Source of the DNA: Octopus vulgaris
Lineage: Eukaryota
Reading direction: 5' to 3'
DNA length: 64,000 nt
NCBI GenBank assembly: GCA_951406725.2
Contig: OX597828.1
Location: 28,768,001 to 28,832,000, forward strand
Of the stretch, positions 26,136-40,556 are shown piece by piece. The stretch's first letter is position 1, and each line of letters opens with the position of its first letter. The notes beneath the pieces are model-generated. The model ran no database searches. It saw only the letters and a program-made list of their open reading frames with translations, and had not been told where the DNA came from. A program made the translations under genes and the position numbers.

Positions 26136-26218
26136 GGTCCCGGGTTGATTCGGGGTTAACCACAGTAAATAAGGTACTCAATACATAGCAGAGTAAAATT
26201 AATTTATTATATAGAAGG

Positions 26219-26269
26219 AGCTTCTACAGGACTAGAACTGTTTCATTCAAGAGAAATCTTCAGGAAGCT
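26219..26269 (-). ncRNA. Minimal type I hammerhead ribozyme motif (Penelope/retrozyme type)
   Basis: Minus strand AGCUUC-CUGAAGA-U(UUC UCUU GAA)U-GAAA-CAG UUCUAGUC CUG-UA-GAAGCU. Perfect 6-bp helix I, intact CUGANGA/GAAA core, paired helix III and a GUA triplet. Confidence 0.8.
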
Positions 26270-26824
26270 GAATTATATATATATATATATAATTATATAT
26301 ATATATATATATATAATTATATATATATATATATAATTATTATTATTATTATTATTTGAGGTAATATTATTCCTAACTTACAGGGGAAAATTCAATTTAG
26401 AAATACTAAATCAAATTTCAGAAAATATAATATATATATATAAAAATTAGAAAAAAGCACCTTTTATCAATTCAAAACGAACAATTAAATTACGCTATCT
26501 AGAAAATTACATATAATAGAAATATTAAAATTAAAATAACAATAATATATATATATACACACACACACATTCATACACAACCTAATCTCAAATTGTACGT
26601 ATTTAATTTTTTTATCAATTATAGAATAACACCATTTTTCCTTATTACGGGACTAAATACAACATAAGATTTAATTTATATCCACACACGAACATCAGAT
26701 TCTGCACGATTCGTGTGTACAGTTGACTCATTGCTCAATTTGCTTTTAGCCGTTGTCTTGTATACAGGTTGCGATCTGGTATGCATTTTCAAATACTACA
26801 GTTATTTTGGGTTTATATTGGGAT

Positions 26825-27208
26825 GGAAGCACTCCGTCGGTTACGACGACGATGGTTCCGGTTGATCCGAATCAACGGAACAGCCTGCTCGTGAAATAAA
26901 CATGTAAGTGGCTGAGTACTCCACAGACACGTGTACCCTTAACGTAGTTCTCGGGGATATTCAGCGTGACACAGAGAGTGACAAAGCCGGCCCTTTGAAA
27001 TACAGGTACAACAGAAACAGGAAGTAAGAGTGAGAGAAAGTTGTGGTGAAAGAGTACAGCAGGGATCACCACCATCCCCTGCCGGAGCCGCGTGGAGCTT
27101 TTAGGTGTTTTCGCTCAATAAACACTCACAACGCCCGGTCTGGGAATCGAAACCAAGATCCTATGACCGCAAGTCCGCTGCCCTAACCACTGGGCCATTG
27201 CGCCTCCA
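26825..27208 (-). mobile_element. tRNA-derived SINE family C, full length (~385 bp)
   Basis: The minus strand starts with the tRNA-like head TGGAGGCGCAATGGCCCAGTGGTTAGGG...GGTTTCGATTCCC and ends ...GTAACCGACGGAGTGCTTCC. The head is shared with 1498-1600. Confidence 0.85.
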
Positions 27209-28863
27209 ACCCTGAATAAATATGGAAAACTTGAAAAATATTTGTGCGGCAAATGTTTCTATTGCAAAGAATGAAAGAAAGAAAGAGACTTACCATTATA
27301 TCGGGGCAGAAATTTTTATGTAATGCTTCCTATTCAATGCGGTGATAGCAATTGGAATACCATCAGTGATTATTGCGTGAATCTTTTGTCTGAAATGTAA
27401 GAAAGTACGGACATGAAATAAAAGACAAAAAGTAAAGCATCATTTTTATGTGGTTTGGAAGCGATTGCAAACTCTAGAAAAGGTTGCTGTGATAGAAATG
27501 TTTCTTATTCCATGGATTGGGGGTTCGAATCAAAAATGCATTCCTCCTTCCAAAGGTCCAAGCAAAATTCTTTGATTTTTTTTTTTTTATGTGAAAAATA
27601 GTTGTTTTAACAAAGGCAAAAGTCTAGAAGATTCATAGAAGGTAGGGCTATAGCTTTTTATATCGATCCTTGTACTTGATTGGGACTTTATTTTATCGAC
27701 CCCCGGCGGAACGAAAATCAATGTCGACTTCGGCAGGATTCAATCTCAGAGTATTACATATAGCGGTAACTGAGTTGTATAAGACATTCTCAGATATAGA
27801 AATTAAACCAACATTTGAAAGACATTTTTTTGTATTTTTTTTTTTACTTGTTTCAGTCACTGGACTGAGATCATGCTGGGGCATCGTCCTGGAGGGTTTC
27901 GTCGAGCAAATCGCACCTCAGTACCTATATTTTAAGTATACTCTATCGGCCTCTTTCGGTGAACAACTAAGTCAGGGGGACGTAAACAAACGAACAGAGC
28001 TTTTCAAGCGGTGGAGAGGGGGTCAGACACACACGTACTCATATACATATACGGCGGGCTTTCGCACAGTTTCTGTCCACCGAATCCACTCACATCATTC
28101 TTTTGAACTAAATACTTTTACTTTTGTTTATTTCAATTTCAACATGGAAAGATGCTTACAAGATCGTCGAGATTTTCACCAAGTTTTCTTAAATGACAGA
28201 ATCGTAACGGCGCTCGGCAAAATGCTAAGCGGTATTTTCTCTGACTCCTTACGCTCTGAGTTCAAAAGTCATCGAAGTCGACTTTACCTTTCATCCTTCC
28301 GGGGTCGATAAAATAAGTACCAAGTAGAGCACTGAGGTCAACGCAATTGACTTCTTCCTCCTCAAAATTGCTGGCCTTGTGCCAAAATTTATAAGAAAAA
28401 TTTCAAGTCTGTATGAAGATTTAAAGAAAAGTTGGTGCAATCTCTACTGATTAAATATTCAAAAAGAAAAAAGAAAACGAACATTAATGTATGTAATACT
28501 GTCTCTGTATTTTTCTTTTGATATGTTAACACTTAGAATTTGCTTACATTTTTCCATACTACTGTATAATTATATTTTTTTTCGTAAATTTTAAAATTTC
28601 CTTTTCCAAAATAAAATGTACTTTACTGCATTGTTTATTCTGTATAATAAAAATAAATTATACAATAAATGCGTCTTTTTATTGTCTTTTGGTGTTTAAT
28701 TAAATTAAAAAAGACTGAAAACTGTTTCTTAAAATTTTTATTGCACTTTTTCATTGGGCTGAAACCAATTACCATATTTTATAAGCTATAATAACTTCGA
28801 ATTCAATAAGTATGGGGTTCTTATAGTATTCATTATTTTCTTACTAATTGAGGCTTGACAGCT

Positions 28864-28864
<1 letters not shown>

Positions 28865-28907
<43 letters not shown>

Positions 28908-29106
28908 TATATACATATATGTATATATATATATACATATATATGCACATATATATGTACATATATATATACATATATATGCACATATATATGTACATAT
29001 ATATATACATATATATATATACATATATATATATACATATATATACATATATATATATACATATATATACATATATATACATATATATATACATATATAT
29101 ATATAC

Positions 29107-29159
<53 letters not shown>

Positions 29160-29261
29160 CATATATGTATACATATATATACATATATATATATGTATAC
29201 ATATATATATATACATATATATATGCATACATATATATATACACATATATATACATATATA

Positions 29262-29292
<31 letters not shown>

Positions 29293-29534
29293 ATGTATAC
29301 ATATATGTATACATATATATATACATATATATATATATGTATACATATATGTATACATATATATATATACATATATATATGCATACATATTTATATATAC
29401 ATATATATATGCATACATATTTATACATATATATATACATATATATATACATATATATACATATATATATACATATGTATGTATACATATATTTATACAT
29501 ATATTTATACATATATTTATACATATATATATAC

Positions 29535-29571
<37 letters not shown>

Positions 29572-29632
29572 CATATATATATACATATATATATATACAT
29601 ACATATATATTTACATATATATATATATACAT
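28865..29632. repeat. Long (TA)n/(TACA)n compound microsatellite
   Basis: Directly visible. Source of the 180-360 aa Y/I/H pseudo-ORFs. Confidence 0.97.
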
Positions 29633-30790
29633 AACGATTACGTCGTGTAAGAGCTATGAGAGATATTTACAACACCTTCCGTTGCTGTCACTTTTCCTTC
29701 TTTCCTTTCTTTCATTTGTTGATAATATTTTATGCTACGACGCATCAAAAATATTTCGTATACGACAATCACATCCACAATTCTACATAGACATATATGA
29801 GCCTATATGCATATGTATTCTATATAGACGGTACTACAGGGAAGCGTATGTATACATACAACTGGAAACAACCATACGTTACACACACACACAATATTTA
29901 TTCGTGTATAAGTCGCACTATTTTACTCTTGATTTTAACTGAAAAAAAAGGGTACGACTTATACAGAAGGAAAAACTAAATGTGTTAAAGGAAAACATTT
30001 TGAAGCGAGATTCAACATTAACTTGTGATTTATATACGATTTAGTGCGGTATGTGTGTATGTGTACAAAGGATACGAATACATATCCGTATATTGTACCG
30101 GGTTAATATTTATATGTAAACAGTTGGTGCTTCATTCGCATGATACTCAGAGGTTTTCACCTACATCAATTAGTGTAACCTAAAACAGTTTTGAGAACCT
30201 TCTTTTATGCCTGAATGCAGTGTGTAACTGTAGATTTCTCCTATTTCAAAAGGTACAAAATACTGAAACAAACGACAATATAGCCCAATAGAAAGGCTGA
30301 GATACTATCTAACTGTCGACTGAAGAGAAGTTTTCTTTTGGAATATTTTCTACTGACTGAGCATCCCATGGCAGGAATTTCCTGAGGTTAGCTATTATAC
30401 GCTACACAGGAAAACCGGCATACTAACCTCCATTACAACAGCCAATATGTAATTGTAGAACTATTTGTCCGCTTAGGGAGTCTACCACTCCAAGGGAGTG
30501 ATATATAGAACTTCAATCAGAGAACGTGTTTTTATCCGGTGAACTTACGTGGAGTACACAGCTAATTATTTTAGGGAAGGTTTGAACTGTCACCTGCAGT
30601 TTTTACAGACTAAGAACACGGAAATCTTCATTTTCCTAACTTGATTTACTTAGAAACTCAAGGACCAAGAGCATAGTTACTTTCCTCTACTAAAGTTCTG
30701 CTATGGTCTACTTCAATAAAATAAAATACCCATGGAGCACTCCCTCCAAAATTTCCTTGTGCCTGTAGTAGAAAATATTATTATTATTAT

Positions 30791-31307
30791 TGAGTGAGAG
30801 AGCAGCGCATGCTATCAAAGTTACACTGGGGTATAAATATATGAAACCGAATACACCCACCATGACTTCCCGTCTGATAAGGGTACACCAGGCACATACA
30901 TCACAACTATATGTGCACGACATGGTGATCCCATACCAAGATAAACAGCGCACGACCTTGCTGACGCGGCCCAATTAGAATTTTCTTCAAGTCGGGTAGC
31001 CCTTCCCACTCAAAAGGTCCCTGAATAAAATTTATTTAAGGATGATGAACCAAAGAATTCCTCTCAACACATGGCTATGATGCTCCCCTATTACTTCTGC
31101 TCGTGATCAGAGATGCACATATTGTCAGCCACCGAGAGACATGCTGAACTGGTCATAGTCAAGCAACTGACAAGTAAATCTATGATATTGAACAGAATAT
31201 TTGCTGTCTCCCATTTTTTATACCAAGACAAACCATGTACATGATAACACTTCCAATCAGTTAAGATGAGAAGCCATGAGAGCCATTGCCTGGTACTGCA
31301 TCAGGGT
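30791..31307 (-). mobile_element. Unclassified ~520-bp TAA-tailed retroposon, copy 3 (longer 5' end)
   Basis: Homologous to 17530-18532 and extends ~50 nt beyond ACACTTCCA. Confidence 0.8.
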
Positions 31308-31779
31308 ATCATCTCTATTATTATTAAGGCGCCGGAAAAAAATACTTAGTCTGTCCTGACACTGGGACAAGTTGATGAGAAAGTGGCTATCTCATCCAGA
31401 AATAGGACGAGAAAAAAAACTACCCTGAAAGGTCGGGCTGAGGTGGAAAGCGCATTCCTCACCTCCGTTATATATTAACGCCTGATCGTAGTGCCTTACC
31501 TCAGTGGGCACTTGCCCTAGTGGCCAAAAGAAATGTGGTTTTGTGGGGTTTCCACGACCATTCCTTGAATGTTTCTCTCCTTTTTGGGGAGGTTTTTTGC
31601 TTGAATTTTTGTTTTGCTTTTAAATAACATTTCGCTTTTTACATTCTTACAAGTGACCCCACTTCATATCATAATGTATCGTCTACCGTCCTCTGCCATT
31701 AGTGGTTAATAAAGAAATCATTATTATTTTCATTATTATTACTAAGGCTCGTCGCTGCGTTCCGAGTTTAAATTCTTTT

Positions 31780-32285
31780 TTGGGTCACCTTTATTACGCC
31801 ACCTCAATGATACTTTTTGGTCTTTTAATTTGTTGGTTTCACATTGGAACTGACCATGTAATTCCATGCTGAGTAGGGTTTTTTCTCTTTCGTTGGCTGT
31901 TCTTGATCGGATTTCATGAGCGCTCGCAAGTCCATTTTTGTTAAATCCTACTGTATTAGCACCATACCGCAGCAGGTCTTGTTTGCTGTTTTCCAAATAC
32001 TCTGCCAGGTTTCTTTTTTCACTGTTGATGCATTCCCGTACGCTAATCAGCCCACCTCTACCTTTACCTCTCTTCATGTAGAGCCTGTGTACATTTGCCT
32101 TAGGGTGGAGGGCTCTATGCATTGTCATTGTCTCTCGGGTAGTACGATCAAGTTGGTCAATCTGCGCTTGTGTCCATCTCAGGATGGGTGCACTATAGCG
32201 GACTACAGCAACCGCCCCAGTGTTGATGGCAGTCACAAGGTTCCTTGAGTTTTGATTTCAAGAGAAGTTTAAGGTGCTTATAAAT
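31780..32285 (-). mobile_element. R4/Dong-type LINE fragment (post-RT region)
   Basis: ORF TAINTGAVAVVRYSAPILRWTQAQIDQLDRTTRETMTMHRALHPKANVHRLYMKRGKGRGGLISV...LHGQF, paralogous to 15708-16171. Confidence 0.88.
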
Positions 32286-32508
32286 ATTAATATTATTGCG
32301 TTGAGTTGGCAGAATCGTTAACATGTCGGACAAAATGCTTAGCGGTAATTCGTTCGTCTTTACGCTCTGAGTTCAAATTCCACCGATGTCAACTTTGCAT
32401 TTCATCATTTCGTTGTCGGCGTAATAAGTACCAGTTGCGCACTGTGGGCGATATAATTGATTAGCCTCCTTCCCCACAAAATCAGAACTTGTGCCTATAA
32501 TAGACTGG

Positions 32509-32581
<73 letters not shown>

Positions 32582-32750
32582 CTAAATGTCTGTGTTGTAT
32601 TACATGAAAATACTTTGCTACTGCCCCTGTCATTTCCCCCACCCCCAGGCTTATCCTTCACTCACCTCAGAACGCTGGGTGTGTCTCGGCAAGTGATTGT
32701 AACAAACATGCAGATTAAAAGTAAATAGTAATAATAAAAGTAGTAATAAA

Positions 32751-32834
<84 letters not shown>

Positions 32835-32855
32835 TAATAATATTAAAAATAATAA

Positions 32856-33040
32856 TAACAGCAACTTTGCTGGAAAATATAACAAAGTGTCAGCTGTCCA
32901 CAACCTGTGAACTAAGGTAACACTCTTCATTCAGGTTTCAAGAACTCTGCAGAGAATTCATAATCTTCTAAGTAACGATATTTTCTCTCGATGTTCTCTA
33001 TCTTCACGTTTACTTCTACTTTTTTTCTGCATCAAGTCCT
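32856..33040 (-). mobile_element. R4/Dong-type LINE extreme 3' end
   Basis: Minus strand AGAGTTCTTGAA...CCTTAGT...GTTGTGGACAGCTGACACT matches the 3' end at 45870-45945. Sits between long TAA/TTA tracts. Confidence 0.7.
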
Positions 33041-33078
33041 TGTGGCCAATAAAGAAATCATCATCATCATTATTATCA

Positions 33079-33172
<94 letters not shown>

Positions 33173-33271
33173 GCTAATAGCTGTTCTGATAAATGGCAAA
33201 TTTCATCTCAAAAATTATGAGGTGTATTTTTTTCTTTCAGAAAGAACTCAAGGACTACATACATACATACA

Positions 33272-33337
<66 letters not shown>

Positions 33338-34410
33338 AAAACGAATGAAGACACACACAGGAAAAGTAAAAAAAAAACATGAAACTGAATCAAAGAATAT
33401 AGAAACACAAAAAGGAAGAATGAAAGAGAAAATGGCAAGCTATGAGGAAAGGAAAAAAATTATATATCTTACAAAGGGAATGTAAAAGTGTGTATGTGTG
33501 GACAAGGAAAGAAATTTGAAAGATATCAGAGAGCAACAAAACACACACACACACAGAAAAAAAATAGGGACTTTCAAAGTGAAAGAAGACAGATGAGAAA
33601 ATGAGAGAAGCGAAGTGTGGACGTGGGATGCAGGTTTGATGTTACGTTGGTGGTGATGGTGATGGTTGTTAGAAAGTTGAGGAGAGGAAACAGAATATGG
33701 AAATAAAATAAAATATAAAATTTGAAAAAAAAAAAAAAGATAAAGAGAGATAGATGAAATATAGATAAATAATAAAAAAAAAATATACAAGCATGACAAG
33801 AAACGAAGGATGCAAACAGGAAGAAGACAAAGGAGGACAGAATGAGAAAAAATAAAAGACGAAAGGAAAATAGATTATCAAAAAGGAAATATATTAGAAG
33901 AGATCCCTTTTGTGGAAAACCGATGGCCTGTGGTGAGCTGTGTGGTGGTGCAAACTTTAACTACTTCACATGTAAACTAAGACCATGTTTCATACCCGCA
34001 TCACAGTTTCGAATCCATCCTATCTAGAGCAAATTTCTTGCTGTAAGTTATATTAATTCATGTAGTAAAATAGAAGGGTCGGTAGGTTTGTAAATCGGTT
34101 GTAGCGTGGCCGATAAAATGCCTTGTGGAATTTTTATAATTTCGCTCAGTCGTGTGGAGTCTGAATCCCGTCGAGGATGACTCCGACTTTCATCCTACCA
34201 GCATTTCATCAGTGACAATCTTGACTTACACTATTCCGCTTTACTGTATTTAAAACTTCATTATTCAACGTTTGCCGACCGCATTTTAAATGATGGAATA
34301 TGATTTGAGGCAGATTTGGCGCAGGTGTGGCCACAGAGTTAAGGAATTCGCTCAGCAGCTATGTGATTACTTGTTTGAGCGCACTGAGTGACATTATGAA
34401 TAAGAGCCAG

Positions 34411-34997
34411 TGATCTGCCATATCCGCAGCTCGCCTAGACATTTGTGAGTAAAATTTGGGAGGCGGAAACTGTGTAGAATCTCGTCGAAGGGAACTTTCC
34501 CTTTTGTTGTTTTGTGGGCTTGATCCATCACTCGGCTTAACTTCACGGCCTGGCATTTAAGTACTTTTTGACGGGTTTCACTTTGTTGTAAGCATCTGGA
34601 CCAATTCTGCAGCTTCAGCTGTGCTGGATTTAGTCATAGGTTAATAAACTACAACTTAAGCCTTACAGTCCACAGGGACCTCAAAATAAATAAATAGCCA
34701 CTATTTGTTAGAGCTTCGATGAATTTATTATTTTTAAAATTAGGAACCTCCACATCATACACCGCTTAGGACCTTACCAAATTTAAATCCAGCTCTGAGC
34801 CTCTGCATAAAATATCTTCACTACTACTACTCTTTGATCTGCCATATCCGCAGCTTGCCTAGACATTTGTGAGTAAAATTTGGGAAGCGGAAACTGTGTA
34901 GAATCTCGTCGAAGGGAACTTTCCCTTTTGTTGTGATGTGGGCTTGATCCATCACTCGGCTTAACTTCACGGCCTGGCATTTGAATACTTTTGACGG
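34411..34997. repeat. Direct repeat of ~165 bp (34411-34575 and 34835-34997)
   Basis: TGATCTGCCATATCCGCAGCT...CTTCACGGCCTGGCATT occurs twice. The two near-identical ORFs in the track reflect it. Confidence 0.92.
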
Positions 34998-35649
34998 TCA
35001 ATAGAAAATATTTGGTGGGTTGAAAATGTGGATTGAACTATGTCTTTGATTAAAAACATACCTACCATGACCACACCATTTGTTTTATTCTTTCACGTAT
35101 AGTATATCTTGAACTATATTGTCCATTGGACATATTTCGTATTAAGTTTATACTTTAAGACAACAGGGCATGATTTGGGAGCGTTTCGGCGATTACATCT
35201 AGCAGATCAATACACTGTCATTCGGTTTAACACTGGCATCTGAACCTTGGGATGGTATTTAGCAACTATTTGGATCAGGTCCAACGATGAATCGTTGTCT
35301 TGCTGCTCTCTTTCTCACTGCAGAAGCCCGTGGATCGACAGTTTTTCTGCTCTATCATCAACCAATTTCAGTGGCTGAGCAAAGAGTCATCGGCGCGGTT
35401 TACCCATCTCTATCCTTTAAGTTCAAATCCAACTGATGTCAATTTTGTCTTTCAACGAAGAATAAAGGACCGGTCCATGTTGTGGTGGAAATGGCGGAAT
35501 TGTTAGAGTATCAGTTGAGATGACTTCTGTTAGATGTTTCAACAAACTCTTTGCGTCACGAGATCGAATTCTCTGTATTACTAAAATACAACCAATTGTT
35601 ATCGGAGTACTGCCAAGTGCAGATATCACTAAATTCAAAGCTGAATGTT

Positions 35650-35696
<47 letters not shown>

Positions 35697-35812
35697 GAGA
35701 GAGAGAGAGAGAGAGAGACTGCCTATGAACGTGCGATGGACTCTGAAACTAAAGACAGCGTGAGTTCATAAGAGACCTCTGTCTATCCGGAAGGTGCAGC
35801 AACGTATTCAAC

Positions 35813-35902
<90 letters not shown>

Positions 35903-36589
35903 AAATTGAGAATTAACGTTTCGTTTCATTGCTGTTATCATATCTTTATCTTTTACATGTTTTAGTCAATGGATTGCGGCCATTCTGGGGCACCTCCTTG
36001 GAAGAGTCGAACAATTTGTTCGACCTCAGTACTTCTTTTCTTAAATGTCTAATACTTATTCCATCGCTCACTTTTGCAGAACTACTAAGTTACGGGAACG
36101 TAAACAAACCAACATCGGTTAAAAAGCCTTAAAGGGAGAAATAAAAACACAAAGACACACGCACACACACGATATATATACAAACACGACGGGCTTCACC
36201 ACAGTTTTCGCCTAGCAATTTCGTGCACAAGACATTTGTCGGCTCGGAGTTATAACAGAAAACATTTCCCCAAGGTGCCGCACAATGGAACTAAATCTGA
36301 AACTAAATGGTTGCCAAATGAGCTTCTAAATAATCCAACATCAAACGAGGGGCAGAATTGACTAACTTGTGCTTTGACGGAGTATATACACACAACGGCA
36401 TTGTGGAAGTTATATTTTTCAAGATTCGGTTGCCATTTCTAGTGCATCTAATCTGCACATGGAGGACCCCGATTACTAGAAAAGTAAGTTAGCAACATTT
36501 ACTTCTCTTCGCTATCTATGCTTTGCTATTGACGCCATCTTAAAGCAAATATTTGCACAAATATATTTGAGCTATCGTGCTTATTTACA

Positions 36590-36771
36590 AACACATATAC
36601 GTATATATATATATATATATAAATATATAAATATACACATGCACATACTTACATACACATACATATATGTATATACATATGCATACATGTATGCATGTAC
36701 ATATACATACATGTATATATACATATGAATACACATACATGTATATATACTATATATACAGATATATATAT

Positions 36772-36802
<31 letters not shown>

Positions 36803-37206
36803 CACATACATGTATATATATACATACATGTATATATATACATGTATATATATATACACATATACATGCATGAATACATATACATATCTATATATATGCA
36901 TACATGTATAAATATATACATGTATATACACACACTTATACATACATGTATATATACATATATATACACGCATATATACATATATATACACACATACATA
37001 CACATATATATATCTACATATATATATATCTACATACACAGACAAATATATATCTACATACACATACCTATATATCTACGTACACACACGTACGTACACA
37101 TACTTCCGCACACATACGCACGTATACATACGTACGTATACAAACGTACATATACATACATAGAAATATATACATAAAAATACTTACATACACATACATA
37201 CATACA

Positions 37207-37238
<32 letters not shown>

Positions 37239-37301
37239 CACACATATAAATACACACATATACATACACATATATACATACACACATATATATACATACA
37301 C

Positions 37302-37357
<56 letters not shown>

Positions 37358-37375
37358 AAAGACGCACACACACAC
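36590..37375. repeat. TA/CA/TACA compound microsatellite ending in (GA)n
   Basis: Directly visible. Confidence 0.95.
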
Positions 37376-37613
37376 ATTTTAAAATCCATTTATAGATAAA
37401 TACGGAACTATCTGGAGACATACATGTATATAGACAATATGAATTTAATTTACAGTAAAATTATAGAATGAATATGATAGATATAACATTGCGATGCCAT
37501 TGTATACGTACGTATATACATGTATGAATAAATTTATACATTTGTATGCAGACACGCAGATGCTCATACACATACGTATATACGTAAGTATATACATATA
37601 TGTACACGTTTAT

Positions 37614-37661
<48 letters not shown>

Positions 37662-37850
37662 GCTTATACATTATCTATATACATATATTGTGTGTGCGTG
37701 TGTGTGTGTGTGTGTGTCTATGTGTGTGAATATATATAGTGAAAGAACGATAGAGAGAGAGAGAAAATGAGAGGGTGAGACTTTGCGGTGCGGAATATGA
37801 AACACAGACAAAGATTTTCGAAGAATGAAGGCTGTGTGCGTGTGTGTGCG

Positions 37851-37896
<46 letters not shown>

Positions 37897-40482
37897 TACA
37901 CAGAGACACTGTCTAGTTTTGTTCTCAGGGCTATAAAACCCTAATTATACTTTAGGGATTCTCGGAACACTGATTTTCATCAGCCGTACCTAGGTTCGCG
38001 ATGGTGGTGATTTTGTTTTTGTTGTTGTTGATGGTGGTGGTGGTGGTGGTGGTGGTGGTGGTGGTGGTGGTGGTGGCAGCAGTGTCTTCGGGGAATGTTT
38101 GTTGCATTGCAAGACAGTGCAAGAGAACGCAGGGGGAAGCTACGCGTTTCAGCCAATTAGCAATGGTGGTTGTAGAGACGTGAGAATGCCGGGACGTGTA
38201 ACTACACCCTGGAGGGTTGACAGTTTTCTTAGGATTGATCAATGAGTTCAAGTCGAGGGAGAGAGAGAGAGAGTGAGAGAGAGAGAGTGAGAGAGAGAGA
38301 GAGAGAGATTAAAAAAGAGGAAGAAAGAAAGAAAGAGAAGTTGAGAAGTGGTGGTGAGAATTTAAATATACTTCTCTGATCATGCTTCTATACGGCAATT
38401 AATTTAAGTAACTAATGGTGTTATTAAGTCTGCGAGAGTACTGCTCCAATATTCACTACCTCACCAACCTCCATCACCCCTCATCTCCTCTACTTACTCG
38501 GTCACTCCACCGTTTCCACCGCTAACAGACCCACTCCTAACACCACAACGACTAGAACTAACAACGCCTTTATTACGAATGCACCACCACCACCATCATT
38601 ATTACCAGCAAACACCCCACCATCATCATCACCACTATCAGCTACACCACCACCACGAACAACAACGCTACTGCGTCGATCACCGTACCATCGCCACGAC
38701 CACCACTACTTTCATCGAACAGGCTGGAGTTTGCTTGACGTGAATTTTTCTTACAAATGGATGATGTAATTTCAGGATTGGCCACTCGGTATATCCACTC
38801 TAGCTACAAGCCTTCCAGACATTTTTATTTCACTACAAAGCCTATATACATATACACATACATGTATATATACACATACACGTGTGTGTGTGTGCATTTT
38901 CTTACCATTATATATATATATATACGATTTTCTTAACACCTTTCCAAAGGTGGCTTATCTAAAAAAAAAAGTAGTTTGAATAAGCAACGACATGCAAAAC
39001 TTCGAAGTCACTATCAAAACAATTGCGATATTACACTACACACACACACACACACACAAATACACATATATAGTGACTGAGAGAAAAAGAAAGTGAGAAA
39101 GACACAGAGACAGAGAGGGTGAGAAAGAGAGAGAGAGAGAGAGAGAGTTGGCGCTAATAGGGTCGGCACATGTTTAGAAGCGTGAGCATACAATTTATAT
39201 ATCGAAACCATAAAATTGTAACATCTATAGTAAAATCTGATTTGTTATTTGCATTCATTCACAGAATATAAGGCTTGTATCGTATATGCCTTGCAGTGAT
39301 GTAGAAACGCCATATTGTATATATGTACATACATATATATATAGGTAGGTATGCTCACACATGTACCCCATTATATACACACACACGCTAATATACGTAC
39401 ATAAATACCTACATATGCATATATAAAACAAAGAAACATATACATACATACACAATACATACATACATGCGCACAAAAGACTCGGGTGCATCTACCATGT
39501 TTAGGCTAACTATTTCGATGTCTTTTTAATCGTGAGTGGATATAGACATCCTCTCTACCCTCCCGGTCTTGCCGCATCGGGACCTCAAGAATGAGGCAGT
39601 CAGAGGGTTGCACCAGCAGCCGGTCGGTGTTCATCTTTAACTGGATAACTTGGTACAACGTGAGAAAAAAGTGCGATTTGTATACACACTGAAAGTGTGT
39701 ACACTGTTGAAAACCTCCTAAACTGCGTTTTTCGCCTTCAGAAAGTAACTCTTATAGACGCATCGTGTTAACACAGGAAAATATCATCAGCGGGTGAAGG
39801 CTGCATAGCATTTCTGCTAGGTCCGGATTTCTGCTTGTTAGCTTCATCAGCAGCAAATATCCGTGTCAAACAAACATCGGTTACCAGCTGATACATTTAA
39901 ACAGGAATTGAAAGGTCACTGGTGTCGCGTTTAGCCGGCAGACTCAGCAAAAATTCATCATTTGCGATGGAAATATTATTCGTTCAACATTAGTGATCTG
40001 TACACATGCTCACCACACTGTGTAAGCTATTAAAAGCCTTCTAAACCGCAGTTTCAGACTTGAGAAAGTATCTCTTATCGACCTGTAACTCAGAAAAATA
40101 TCAACAACAGGCAAAAAGGTGTTCTGTGATTCTTTATTTCCTTGTGTATGTGTGTGTGCGTGTATGTGATCTTTACTTCCGGTAGCTAGAATTCTTATCA
40201 AAAAATCATTACAAAGTGAAACAATCCATAAAAATTATACTGGAACATCATGCATCAAACGATTTCTCAATGAAAGACAAACTGTGGTGGTAGAGTATAG
40301 ATTGAAGGAATTTAGCTACCATTTCTAGAAGGTAAACTACATAAGGACATTGTTAATGCTTCTCTAAAATAGTGTTGCTTGCTATCGCCTGCCATGGACA
40401 GCGTGTTACCAAATCATTCTGTAGTTTGCAGTTTTTAGATTTAACCAGCACCAGATGATCTGCATTTGGTTTCTTTAAAGAA

Positions 40483-40556
<74 letters not shown>

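Noticed and set aside
27130-27208. tRNA gene
   Set aside because: A and B boxes are present, but there is no acceptor-stem closure and it continues into a 300-bp body. It is a SINE head.
27670-28311. 213-aa ORF
   Set aside because: It runs across fragments of SINE B, SINE A and SINE B in mixed orientation, so it is a chance open frame.
28740-28762. miR-92-like seed TATTGCACTT
   Set aside because: The match stops after 10 nt and there is no precursor hairpin.
28786-29942. Long ORFs of up to 364 aa rich in Y/I/H/M/C (also at 19.3, 20.2, 36.6, 47.3 and 50.7-52 kb)
   Set aside because: They are translations of stop-poor microsatellites, open in several frames on both strands.
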